From Treponema sp. (GTDB lineage: Bacteria; Spirochaetota; Spirochaetia; Treponematales; Treponemataceae), in contig JAILCM010000181.1 of assembly GCA_024680155.1 (NCBI GenBank), positions 902 through 64,901 on the forward strand: DNA of 64,000 nt. The letters are read 5' to 3'. Position 1 is the first letter of the stretch, and the number at the start of each line of letters is the position of its first letter. Made by a program: the position numbers and the translations under genes. Shown here piece by piece: positions 41,538-49,798 of this stretch. The notes under the pieces were generated by a model. The model saw only the letters and a list, made by a program, of their open reading frames with translations. It did no database searches and was not told where the DNA came from.

Positions 41538-42713
41538 CTAAACTGTACCTTCTTCGGTGTGACCGAATTCACATACAGCTTTTGTAATTTTTGCGTATTC
41601 AATCTGTTCAAGATCGTTTCGGATTCGTTTAAAAAGTTTGATTTCGCCAACTCCGGTTCCAGTCTGAACAACACTCATAACTTTGCGGTTACCTTCTGGA
41701 GCTTCGAGAGTACGATTATACAAATCTTTAATACGACAGAACAAATCAATATCAATTACCCAAAGTTTACTGTTAATGCTTACCGACCAATGGAGCTTAT
41801 TTTCATCCATATCTTCTGATTCGGGCGTTTGAATACAACTGAAAACCGTAGAATAACGGCGTTTAGAAGAATCAGCGGTAAATACAATTTCGGAACCTTC
41901 AAAATCAGAAATAAACGAAACTCTGTCTTCAAAAGTTCCCTGAACTGCAAAACTAGAATTAAAAAGAGTTTTTCCCGAAATCAAACTGCTCATAGTTGTA
42001 GAAGAAATATGGAACCATTCATCAGGATAAGATTTTGTCCAATAACGTTCGGTATAACCAAAGCCCTTCTTTGAATCAATAATGTATTCTGCGCCATCAA
42101 AACTTACTACACCCGAAAAAAGCGTTTTAATTCCAAAAGGGAACCACACTTCAGTTTTCTGATTATAGCCTTCTTTAAAATCCTTTTGAATTTCGTAAGA
42201 TAAATCCCATTTTGCAAAACCACTTTCGCTAAAAAATTCTGGATGCTTCTGCATTTCTTCTTCCGAAATATTTATAAAACCAGAAAGTTTATTTTCCGAA
42301 AAGATTTTATTTCCAACCTGCATAGAAAATGGCTTAGGAGTTATTGAAATTTCATCCTGACTATGGTAGGCACAAAGCTGTTTTGGAGAATTTCCAATAA
42401 TTCCAATTCTTACTACCGTATATGAAGGTTGTACAATTTGTTCTGAAACAAGATTTTCAGCAGACTGAGTTCCGGCAAGCGCATACTGTAAATCATCTGC
42501 CGAAATATTTATTCTAGGTTTAAAGCCGAGCTGAACTTCTGAAGGCGAATTCCACGGATTCAGCATTTCCATTTCTAAAAAAAACTTTGTTTCTGTCCCC
42601 GAAATTCGCTCAATTCCATTAAAGAAGAATCGCCATCTATTAAGATTTGCCTTTTTTTTGGAGTTTGTATATCCAAACCGGCTCTTTTTTATAATGCTTT
42701 TAGATACTGCCAT
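41538..42713 (-). CDS. Tocopherol cyclase-like beta-barrel protein
   Basis: W.L....., G.V.FDG.EY and GYTERYWTKSYPDEWFHI resemble the GY.EKNWG.SFP..WFW motif of tocopherol cyclase-like proteins. Confidence 0.55.
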   Translation of the reverse strand: MAVSKSIIKKSRFGYTNSKKKANLNRWRFFFNGIERISGTETKFFLEMEMLNPWNSPSEVQLGFKPRINISADDLQYALAGTQSAENLVSEQIVQPSYTVVRIGIIGNSPKQLCAYHSQDEISITPKPFSMQVGNKIFSENKLSGFINISEEEMQKHPEFFSESGFAKWDLSYEIQKDFKEGYNQKTEVWFPFGIKTLFSGVVSFDGAEYIIDSKKGFGYTERYWTKSYPDEWFHISSTTMSSLISGKTLFNSSFAVQGTFEDRVSFISDFEGSEIVFTADSSKRRYSTVFSCIQTPESEDMDENKLHWSVSINSKLWVIDIDLFCRIKDLYNRTLEAPEGNRKVMSVVQTGTGVGEIKLFKRIRNDLEQIEYAKITKAVCEFGHTEEGTV

Positions 42714-42734
42714 CCCACAACACCTTATAAATTT

Positions 42735-43343
42735 CTACATTTGATTTTCGGCATTCTGGAATAAATTGTTAGGAAAAAATGAAGAACAATCCATTTCAAG
42801 GCAATTATATTTAGAATCGCCTGACGAAATAAAAAGTTTTTTATCATTTATTATAAAAATCCATTCAGGCTCTTTTGAAAAAACTTTTTGGTACGAATGA
42901 TTAAAAACTAACTCCTTTTTTAACTCTGAAAGTTTTTTGTCAGATAAAAGAAAATTGTATAAAGAAGTATAAATAATCTGAAATATACCCGAAAAAAAGT
43001 TGATTCCAAAAATAGGTTGTATATTAAAAAAAGTAAGAAAAATTAAATTCATCCAAATAAAAAACAAAAATTGAAGCCCCATAAAAATAAAAATCAAGAT
43101 TGGAATAAATGCCGAAATATTCCTATTCAACTTACCCCTGATAAACGAAAATAGAATCATGGCAGTTGCAACACAATTCGAAAAACAATAAATTCCCGCA
43201 GAACACACACATAGAACGTTTTTAGAAAACAAAATAATTAATGAAGTGGAAATATTCATAACATGAGTAATACAAAAAAATACAAACAAAATAATTCTCA
43301 AATTTTCGCAAATCTTAAATAATTTATCTTTCATCATAATCAC
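42735..43343 (-). CDS. Hypothetical multi-TM membrane protein (island)
   Basis: About four TM segments; very AT-rich. Confidence 0.6.
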   Translation of the reverse strand: MIMMKDKLFKICENLRIILFVFFCITHVMNISTSLIILFSKNVLCVCSAGIYCFSNCVATAMILFSFIRGKLNRNISAFIPILIFIFMGLQFLFFIWMNLIFLTFFNIQPIFGINFFSGIFQIIYTSLYNFLLSDKKLSELKKELVFNHSYQKVFSKEPEWIFIINDKKLFISSGDSKYNCLEMDCSSFFPNNLFQNAENQM

Positions 43344-43353
43344 AAATCCAAAA

Positions 43354-43701
43354 TTAAAAAATCAAATCGTCCAAACAAAGTAAAAACAAACAGAAGGAAA
43401 ATAAAAATGCTGAAAAAATCATAGAGAAAGCTAGTAGCCTTAACTTCCATATTGTTCTGAATGAACATTCATATAAATGGTAGCCTTTACAAATATCACA
43501 TTTTTTATATATAAGTTTCTTGAATTTTGAATTATTTTTCTTTACTTTCTTTGCATCTTCTTTTGAAAAAACAGGCCTTACAACATAAAATAAATCCCCC
43601 TGATTTTTGACCTTTTGGTCTTCTTTAAAAAAAATATATCGGCATGTTTCAAATTTTTCCTTCACAGTTTTATGATTTGATTTATTCATATTTTCACCCA
43701 T
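43354..43701 (-). CDS. Hypothetical basic protein with a CxxC-xxx-H motif and C-terminal TM
   Basis: YKKCDICKGYHL followed by a hydrophobic C-terminus. Confidence 0.55.
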   Translation of the reverse strand: MGENMNKSNHKTVKEKFETCRYIFFKEDQKVKNQGDLFYVVRPVFSKEDAKKVKKNNSKFKKLIYKKCDICKGYHLYECSFRTIWKLRLLAFSMIFSAFLFSFCLFLLCLDDLIF

Positions 43702-43793
43702 AAAATATCCACAATTGTTTTATTTTCTTATTCTATTTATATAACTAAACAAATAAAAAAGTTGACACTTCATGATGAAAAAATAAGTAAATC

Positions 43794-43802
43794 TGTTATA
43801 AT
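43794..43802 (+). promoter_or_regulatory. Extended -10 promoter (leaderless) for the CARF-sigma pair
   Basis: TGTTATAAT (TGn-TATAAT), ATG exactly 6 nt downstream. Confidence 0.6.
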
Positions 43803-43808
43803 GAAATT

Positions 43809-44441
43809 ATGATAATTATATTTGTTGATATTTCGATGAAAGATGATTTAACGGCTGTATGCTATAAAGAAACTGGAAATGCCTGTTGTAAATATGACAA
43901 ACCGGTTTACTACCCTATAAATGCTATTCTTTTCGAAAAAATGAAAAAAAATGATGACGTAAAAGTTGTTATGATTCAAACAAAAAGCAATGAAGAAAGA
44001 GTTTGCAAAAATACTCAAATTTTTAAGGAAGAATTAAACGAAATAAATGAATCGATTGGTGCAAAAATAAATTATATAGAAGTAAGTGCAGATTATAACG
44101 AAGCCAAGGAAAATCACGAAAAACGAATTCTAGCAATTCTGGAGCAGATAGAAAAAGGCTCCGAACTTTACGGTGATATAACATTTGGTCCGCGTACAGT
44201 TCCAATGGTAATGCTTTGTGCATTTGCTTTTGCCGAAAAATTTTATGATGCAGATATTAAAAAAATTGTTTATGGAAAAGTTGATTGGATAAGAAATCCA
44301 GAAACAAACAAAAGTGAGCCAAAAAATCCAGAACTTTTTGACGTAACATCATTGTATTATTTAAATTCACTTACTTACAATATGCAGTCCGAATCCGCAG
44401 AAAAAGCAATTAAATCTATGAAAACATTTTTTTCCCTTTAG
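43809..44441 (+). CDS. Stand-alone CARF-domain protein, TM1812/DxTHG (Csx1 N-terminal-like) family
   Basis: LYGDITFGPRTVP is the DxT[H/F]GxRxxP motif, followed by IVYG and FDVTSLYYL as in DxTHG CARF domains. 210 aa, no HEPN. Confidence 0.7.
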   Translation: MIIIFVDISMKDDLTAVCYKETGNACCKYDKPVYYPINAILFEKMKKNDDVKVVMIQTKSNEERVCKNTQIFKEELNEINESIGAKINYIEVSADYNEAKENHEKRILAILEQIEKGSELYGDITFGPRTVPMVMLCAFAFAEKFYDADIKKIVYGKVDWIRNPETNKSEPKNPELFDVTSLYYLNSLTYNMQSESAEKAIKSMKTFFSL

Positions 44442-44454
44442 GAATGCTTTAGGT

Positions 44455-45213
44455 ATGCAAAATATTCATGGAAACTTATTCTATAAAAAAATAAACAACC
44501 TCTATGCACAAATAATCGCAGAAAAAAATCCTCAAGATAAACGAAATCTTGAACAAAAACTTATTGTTGAAGTTTGGAATCAGACAAAAAGAAAGAATAA
44601 GAATGCCCCGGAAACAGAATGGGAACTACATGCAGATATTGTTACTGCAACAATAAAAAAATGCCTTGCTCCAGATTCAAAATTCGATAGAACAAAAAGT
44701 ACTTTTTCGCAATATTTACTAAAATCAATAAAAAAGAATATTAATAAAGCAATTAAAAATGAAAACAAAAAGAAATCAAAAGACACTCCCCTTGAGCAGC
44801 AAAATGATAATGGTGAAAGCTATTTTTTACCAGATATAATTACTCATACAAATCCAGAAATAATGATAACAGAAATTCAGAAAGTCCTTATGATTGAAGA
44901 ACTTAGAGACGATTTTAACAAAATTGAAAATGCCTTCTTACAGGAAAAAGAAAATCAAGCAGCAAAATCAACATTTATAACACGTGATATAATTTACATA
45001 CTAAAAAAACAGGCTTCTGATTTACTTAAAGATGAAAAAATATTTTTACTTGGAAATAAATACAGTTTTTTAGAAAAAAAACTTTGGAACAATTATTTTT
45101 TCGTTAGTGATGAATTACCGACACAGGAACTTTTGGCCGCATCTATGGGGATAAAAAAATCAAACGCTAGCAAAATGATAAGCCGTTTTTATCAACGGTT
45201 AAAAAATTTTTAA
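44455..45213 (+). CDS. Orphan sigma70-family-like factor
   Basis: Region 2-like FDRTKSTFSQYLLKSIKKNI, a DTPLEQ..D.G...LPDI..NPE linker, and a region 4.2-like HTH TQELLAASMGIKKSNASKMISR. Starts 13 nt after the CARF gene. Confidence 0.65.
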   Translation: MQNIHGNLFYKKINNLYAQIIAEKNPQDKRNLEQKLIVEVWNQTKRKNKNAPETEWELHADIVTATIKKCLAPDSKFDRTKSTFSQYLLKSIKKNINKAIKNENKKKSKDTPLEQQNDNGESYFLPDIITHTNPEIMITEIQKVLMIEELRDDFNKIENAFLQEKENQAAKSTFITRDIIYILKKQASDLLKDEKIFLLGNKYSFLEKKLWNNYFFVSDELPTQELLAASMGIKKSNASKMISRFYQRLKNF

Positions 45214-45265
45214 CGAAAATGAATGAATTTTTAGTTATCTTTGCTATTTCTGTGTATATTTTCAT

Positions 45266-45294
45266 TTGATAAAATTACAAATGTATAGTACAAT
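45266..45294 (+). promoter_or_regulatory. sigma70 promoter (leaderless) of the Abi gene
   Basis: TTGATA-17 nt-TACAAT, ATG 6 nt downstream. Confidence 0.6.
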
Positions 45295-45300
45295 TTTAAC

Positions 45301-46293
45301 ATGTACAGTCTGAAAGATTTATCGGAACATCTAAATACAAAACATAATCTTCCAGTCCAGGAAAACCAGATTCAAGATTTAAGAAATATTGGTTATTATC
45401 ATGGTTATAAAGGATATAGGTTTATACGAAAAGCTGGCAATTTGATTAATTTTACTGCATTTGGTCAGATTGTTGACTTGAATAATTTTGACATGCAGCT
45501 AAAGGGACTTTTCTACCCTAATTTGATGTTTATTGAAAATGCACTTAAAAGTTATGTTTTAGAAGCAATAAGTAATGAGTGTCCCGATGAAAAACTTAAT
45601 AGTGTATATATACACGCATTAACCCACTATAAAGATAATTTTCAGATTGGAAGCAATAACTATAAAAAAGAATTCAAGAAGCGAATGGACTTAGAGATGA
45701 AAATCAATTCAGCTTTGATCCGTGATTATATGCAAGGGAAAGACTTTATAAATCATTATTACAATCAAGATCGAGAAATTCCAATTTGGGCAGCTTTTGA
45801 AAGTCTAACTCTTGGTGAATTCGGAACATTTTATTCCTGTTCTGGCGAAAAAATTAGAACTGAAGTTTCAAAAACTCTAAAACTTCCTTCAAATCTAGAT
45901 TCAGATGGCTTTTTACTCGCTGATATAATTTTCTGCCTTAAAGATTTAAGAAATGCAATTGCACATAACGGAATTATTTTTGATACAAGATTCGCAAATG
46001 CAAAAATTCCAGACCGAGTAGTTAAATTAATCGAACAGGAATTAAAAATAAATAATCTGAATTTTGATTATATTATTGCCTATATCGCATTAGTAGTTTA
46101 CGTTTTAAATAACATGGGAGAAAGAAAACGTTGCAAGAGTTTTATCAACGAATTTCTTACACTTCATGGAATACTTAAAAATCTACCAAAAGACTGCAAA
46201 ATGAAAATAGAAGGAACACAAGAAAAACTCATAGTTTCGGCTCTTGGAAATTTATTAAAAGTTGACTTTTCAAAGAATTTACAGTATCTTTAA
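45301..46293 (+). CDS. Abi family (Abi_2 / AbiD-AbiF) HEPN RNase
   Basis: LRNIGYYH..KGY, FD..LK, IE.ALKS, IPIWAAFESLTLGE and the HEPN motif LRNAIAHN (RxxxxH). Confidence 0.88.
   Translation: MYSLKDLSEHLNTKHNLPVQENQIQDLRNIGYYHGYKGYRFIRKAGNLINFTAFGQIVDLNNFDMQLKGLFYPNLMFIENALKSYVLEAISNECPDEKLNSVYIHALTHYKDNFQIGSNNYKKEFKKRMDLEMKINSALIRDYMQGKDFINHYYNQDREIPIWAAFESLTLGEFGTFYSCSGEKIRTEVSKTLKLPSNLDSDGFLLADIIFCLKDLRNAIAHNGIIFDTRFANAKIPDRVVKLIEQELKINNLNFDYIIAYIALVVYVLNNMGERKRCKSFINEFLTLHGILKNLPKDCKMKIEGTQEKLIVSALGNLLKVDFSKNLQYL
46262..46290 (+). promoter_or_regulatory. sigma70 promoter embedded in the last codons of the Abi gene
   Basis: TTGACT-17 nt-TATCTT, ending immediately before the TAA stop. Confidence 0.6.
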
Positions 46294-46296
46294 AAA

Positions 46297-46366
46297 AGAT
46301 TGCGGTGGAGCCTTCGGGCGACACTTTAGGATTGGAGCTGATACGTTCGGCTCCTTTCATTTTTTT
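46297..46366 (+). ncRNA. Candidate abiF-type antitoxin RNA
   Basis: GTG-GA-GCC-TTCG-GGC-GA-CAC hairpin (UUCG tetraloop, GA/GA internal loop), then terminator GGAGCTGA-TACGT-TCGGCTCC plus a U tract. Has its own promoter and abuts an Abi_2 gene. Confidence 0.6.
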
Positions 46367-46369
46367 AAA

Positions 46370-47371
46370 TCAATCAGCCGACGATTGAAATTTTACCTTT
46401 TTCAAAATCATTTCTTTCACATCTTCTAGATTTTTAATTTCTTTATTGATTATTGAGAGTTGTTCTTCTATATCAGACTTTCTTGAAAAGATATTTGTTA
46501 TATCCAATTCTTTCCTATATGATTCTAATTCATAGAATCTTTTTTCAATCTCATTTAAAATCAGTGAAGTTCTATTTTGTACCTCAGAACTCAACTTTGA
46601 AACCACAGTCGATTTCTGAACTTCTTTTGAACAAAGTTCTATTGTTTCATAAAGACTACTAATCAGAGTATACAAAGGTTCCATTAACTCAAGCTTACGT
46701 TGATGCCTTTTTATGGAAGCTAAATAATCCTCATAATCGTCGAAAAGATTTCTATTATAATCTTCTTCCCCCCAATAATCATCCATATTTATTATGGGAA
46801 AAAGATCTTTTACAAAAATATTTGAAATATCAGATAAATATACGGTATCTCGACCATTCAACAATGCACTTACTTGCAAAATATGAACAATACCTTGCCA
46901 TTTTGTATCTACGTATTCAGTCCGATTAAATAAAATCAATCTTTTTACACCATCGCTTAACCTGACTTTCTGTGATTCTGTCTGCAACATAGACACTTCT
47001 GAACTCGTTAAACGAAGATTTTTTTGCTCATCTGTAGTTTCAAGCATAGGAAAATCAGCAGTTATAAAATCAAAGAAATTTGATTCAGCAATCTCTGGAA
47101 CATCTATTTCTTTTACAAAACCGCTTTTATTATAAGGCACAGTTTTAGGATCAAGAGGAGAAATCATTTGCAATGCATACTTTACTCTATCACAAATCTC
47201 ATTTTGTAAAAGTACATCATTTCCTTTTAGTTCAATTTTCCCATATGCATATGAAAAGAGTACGAGTTGTTTTATTACATATTCCTGGCCATATAAACCT
47301 TGTGTCAAATACTCTAAGAGCTTTTTGATTCTGTTTGGATAATCTTTTTTGTCAATTTCACTTATATGCAT
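46370..47371 (-). CDS. RavA/MoxR-derived protein lacking the ATPase core, with C-terminal coiled coil
   Basis: RIKKLLEYLTQGLYGQEYVI resembles the RavA N-terminus and W..IV.ILQVSALLNGRDTV...D resembles the RavA lid. No GPPGxxK Walker A and no DE Walker B. GGAGA SD supports a start at 47371. Confidence 0.55.
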   Translation of the reverse strand: MHISEIDKKDYPNRIKKLLEYLTQGLYGQEYVIKQLVLFSYAYGKIELKGNDVLLQNEICDRVKYALQMISPLDPKTVPYNKSGFVKEIDVPEIAESNFFDFITADFPMLETTDEQKNLRLTSSEVSMLQTESQKVRLSDGVKRLILFNRTEYVDTKWQGIVHILQVSALLNGRDTVYLSDISNIFVKDLFPIINMDDYWGEEDYNRNLFDDYEDYLASIKRHQRKLELMEPLYTLISSLYETIELCSKEVQKSTVVSKLSSEVQNRTSLILNEIEKRFYELESYRKELDITNIFSRKSDIEEQLSIINKEIKNLEDVKEMILKKVKFQSSAD

Positions 47372-47398
47372 TTTTTCTCCTTTCAAATGTATTTTAGA

Positions 47399-47971
47399 TT
47401 ACATAAACGGCCATCCGTTGCTCAATATATCTTTTTCTGAAACAAGAATCTCCATTGTATGTTCCTTTCTTTCATATTCAACTCCATTTTTATATCTATC
47501 AGATAAAAAAATGACTTTCTGATTTTTTGAACCTACCCAATCACGTTCCGTATCAGGCTGAGTTTTATCATATAAGCCGTCAATAAGAATATCAGTGTTC
47601 AATAAAAGTTTTTCAATAAACAAATCTTCAAATTTTAAGAGGGATTCATACAAAAATCCAGTAAATAACAATACCGATAGATTGTTATTTTGACACCATT
47701 CCGCAATAAAACTCAAACCTTCGGCTTGCAAAACTGGTTCTCCACCAATGAATGAAACACCTTCAATATCAAAATCATCTTTTGATTTCTGAATAAGATG
47801 TATTAAATCTTCTACTTCCACTACATGAGATTGCTTAAATTCTTGCATTTGCTGATTACAGCAATCAGGGCATCGTTGCTTACAGCCCTGTACCCACAAA
47901 GCAAATCGTTTTCCAGGTCCCTCGGATTCTGTACAAAGTCTGACTGCCGCAAGATTCAAAAATGTTTTCAT
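47399..47971 (-). CDS. NrdG-like radical SAM (glycyl-radical activase family) protein
   Basis: GPGKR..LWVQGC, CxxxCxxC (CKQRCPDC), GGEP, DILIDG, GSKNQ. No nrdD in the window. Confidence 0.88.
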   Translation of the reverse strand: MKTFLNLAAVRLCTESEGPGKRFALWVQGCKQRCPDCCNQQMQEFKQSHVVEVEDLIHLIQKSKDDFDIEGVSFIGGEPVLQAEGLSFIAEWCQNNNLSVLLFTGFLYESLLKFEDLFIEKLLLNTDILIDGLYDKTQPDTERDWVGSKNQKVIFLSDRYKNGVEYERKEHTMEILVSEKDILSNGWPFM

Positions 47972-47974
47972 AAT

Positions 47975-49798
47975 TTACACAAAATCAAATTCAAAAATTG
48001 GCTTTTTAAGAGTAATTTTTATTCGTCGCCCTTCTACCATATCAGAACGCATAAAAATCCATTCAGCAAGAGGATTTACTATATAAGTTTCTATAGTATT
48101 TAAAAGACCACGACCACCATTTGCAATTCCAGCCTTTTGTGAAATAAATGTAAAGGATTCATCTTCATTATCAAATTCCAAAGTTGCCTTGTATTTTTCT
48201 TTGACAAAATTTTCAACGGCAACGAATTTGGCTTTAGCAATCTGAACAAATACATTTGAATCATTGATAAAGTTGAAAGCAACAATATTATCACCAATAC
48301 GATTCAAAAGTTCCGGGCGCTTTAACTCGTTCACAAAATGCTCTTTTACCTTTAAAACAAAAGTATCGCGAATTTGTTTTTCATTCATGCCACTTGGATT
48401 TACATCTGCCGCACCAATATTAGATGTAAAAATAATAATTGTCTCCGCAAAAGAAACTGTTTCGCCCTTTCCATCAGTAAGTCGTCCGTCTTCCAGAATT
48501 TGCAAAAACTTATCAAGAATACGACCATGCGCTTTTTCAATTTCATCAAACAAGATTACGCAGAAAGGCTTTTCTTTTACAGCATTTGTAAGCTGACCGC
48601 CAGCTTCATACCCGACATATCCCGGAGGCGCACCAACAAGCCTCTGATCGCTCTGCTCATGGTTATACTCAGACATATCAAAACGAATACAAGCATTTTC
48701 ATCACCAAAAACGAATTCTGCAAGAGCTTTAGCAAGTTCTGTTTTACCAACGCCTGTAGGTCCTACAAAAAATAATGTGCCCTTAGGTTTCTTTTGTTTT
48801 GCCGAATGTTGTAAACCAGAAAAGCCTGTATAAGCACGGATAATTACATCTTTTACTTTTTCGATTGCCTGTGACTGACCTTTTACTCTTTCAGAAAGTC
48901 GTTCTTCCACCTGAGTTAGTTTTTCTTTTGAAAGTTCTTCCCAAGGACTAACCTTTTCGCCATATTTGTAAAGATTTATCAGTTTTTCAAAACTCATTGA
49001 TTCTTTATTCTGTCGGGAAAGTTTCATAAGTTGAGCAATTTCTTTGAGAGTAAAACTATCAAGTGCATCAATCAAATCATCAAATATTTTCTTATCATCA
49101 ATATTTTGACAAATATTTAGACAAGTCTTGTTTTCTGAAACAAAGCTCTCTCTCTCGTTTCTACTTGGAAGCGGAATATTCACAGAACTCACAAGAGGAT
49201 TGTTCAAATAATAAGAAGGAGGAATCATTGCATTATTCTTTGTAACAAGGATAACTATATTTTCTACAGCAGCAAATGTTTCCGAAAGCATATCATATGA
49301 TTGAGAATCTTTGAGCGTTTTACCTAAAGTTGTAAGATACTGTCGTTCCGCATCAGTAAGAGAGTTTGCATTTCCAAAGATAAAATCAGAATAATCAAGA
49401 ATAAATGCAGTTTTTCCTGTACCACCTTTTATTGCATGCAACATAAAAGGAAAAAATTCACCAGGTTCAGGATAAGTATTTGAAGATTCCGATTCATCTT
49501 CAAAATCATCTCCCAAATCGTAAGAACTTTCACTAAGCTGCGAATCATCAATTAAATTACTAATTTCGATTTTATCAGAAAGTTTTTCATCTATTCCATT
49601 TACCCTATCCCATTTTACGACTTTTTCGTACCCTTTTTTTTTCAAATTTCTAATTAGTAGCTCTACAAGATTTCCATATTTTCCGCTATTCAATGAATCG
49701 AAATAAATGTCATCTGTGTTGCCAAAAATGATTATTGACGATTTTATTCCAGAATCGCGGTTAAACCTTTCAAGCCAAGCCATTTTATTCTCTGCCAT
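47975..49798 (-). CDS. AAA+ ATPase with a degenerate N-terminal AAA-like domain and an active ClpB-D2-like domain
   Basis: C-terminal [36 protein letters not shown]. The N-terminal half has IIIFGN/FILDY strands but no P-loop. No Clp N repeats and no M domain. Confidence 0.88.
   Translation of the reverse strand: MAENKMAWLERFNRDSGIKSSIIIFGNTDDIYFDSLNSGKYGNLVELLIRNLKKKGYEKVVKWDRVNGIDEKLSDKIEISNLIDDSQLSESSYDLGDDFEDESESSNTYPEPGEFFPFMLHAIKGGTGKTAFILDYSDFIFGNANSLTDAERQYLTTLGKTLKDSQSYDMLSETFAAVENIVILVTKNNAMIPPSYYLNNPLVSSVNIPLPSRNERESFVSENKTCLNICQNIDDKKIFDDLIDALDSFTLKEIAQLMKLSRQNKESMSFEKLINLYKYGEKVSPWEELSKEKLTQVEERLSERVKGQSQAIEKVKDVIIRAYTGFSGLQHSAKQKKPKGTLFFVGPTGVGKTELAKALAEFVFGDENACIRFDMSEYNHEQSDQRLVGAPPGYVGYEAGGQLTNAVKEKPFCVILFDEIEKAHGRILDKFLQILEDGRLTDGKGETVSFAETIIIFTSNIGAADVNPSGMNEKQIRDTFVLKVKEHFVNELKRPELLNRIGDNIVAFNFINDSNVFVQIAKAKFVAVENFVKEKYKATLEFDNEDESFTFISQKAGIANGGRGLLNTIETYIVNPLAEWIFMRSDMVEGRRIKITLKKPIFEFDFV

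Noticed and set aside
47399-47971. Viperin-type antiviral radical SAM
   Set aside because: The short length and the GPG.R, DxLIDG and GSxNQ motifs are NrdG-type, not viperin-type.
48870-49610. RVxG strings (RVNGI, RVKGQ) in the AAA+ protein as glycyl-radical sites for the NrdG-like enzyme
   Set aside because: RVKGQ is the ordinary ClpB RV(I/V)GQ motif. RVNGI lacks the aromatic residue and C-terminal position of true RVxG[YF] glycyl-radical loops.
47975-49798. Recent duplication or pseudogene of the nearby clpB
   Set aside because: Only the D2 motifs are shared and the intervening residues differ widely. The N-terminal half is unrelated to the Clp N domain/NBD1, and the ORF is intact and operon-coupled.
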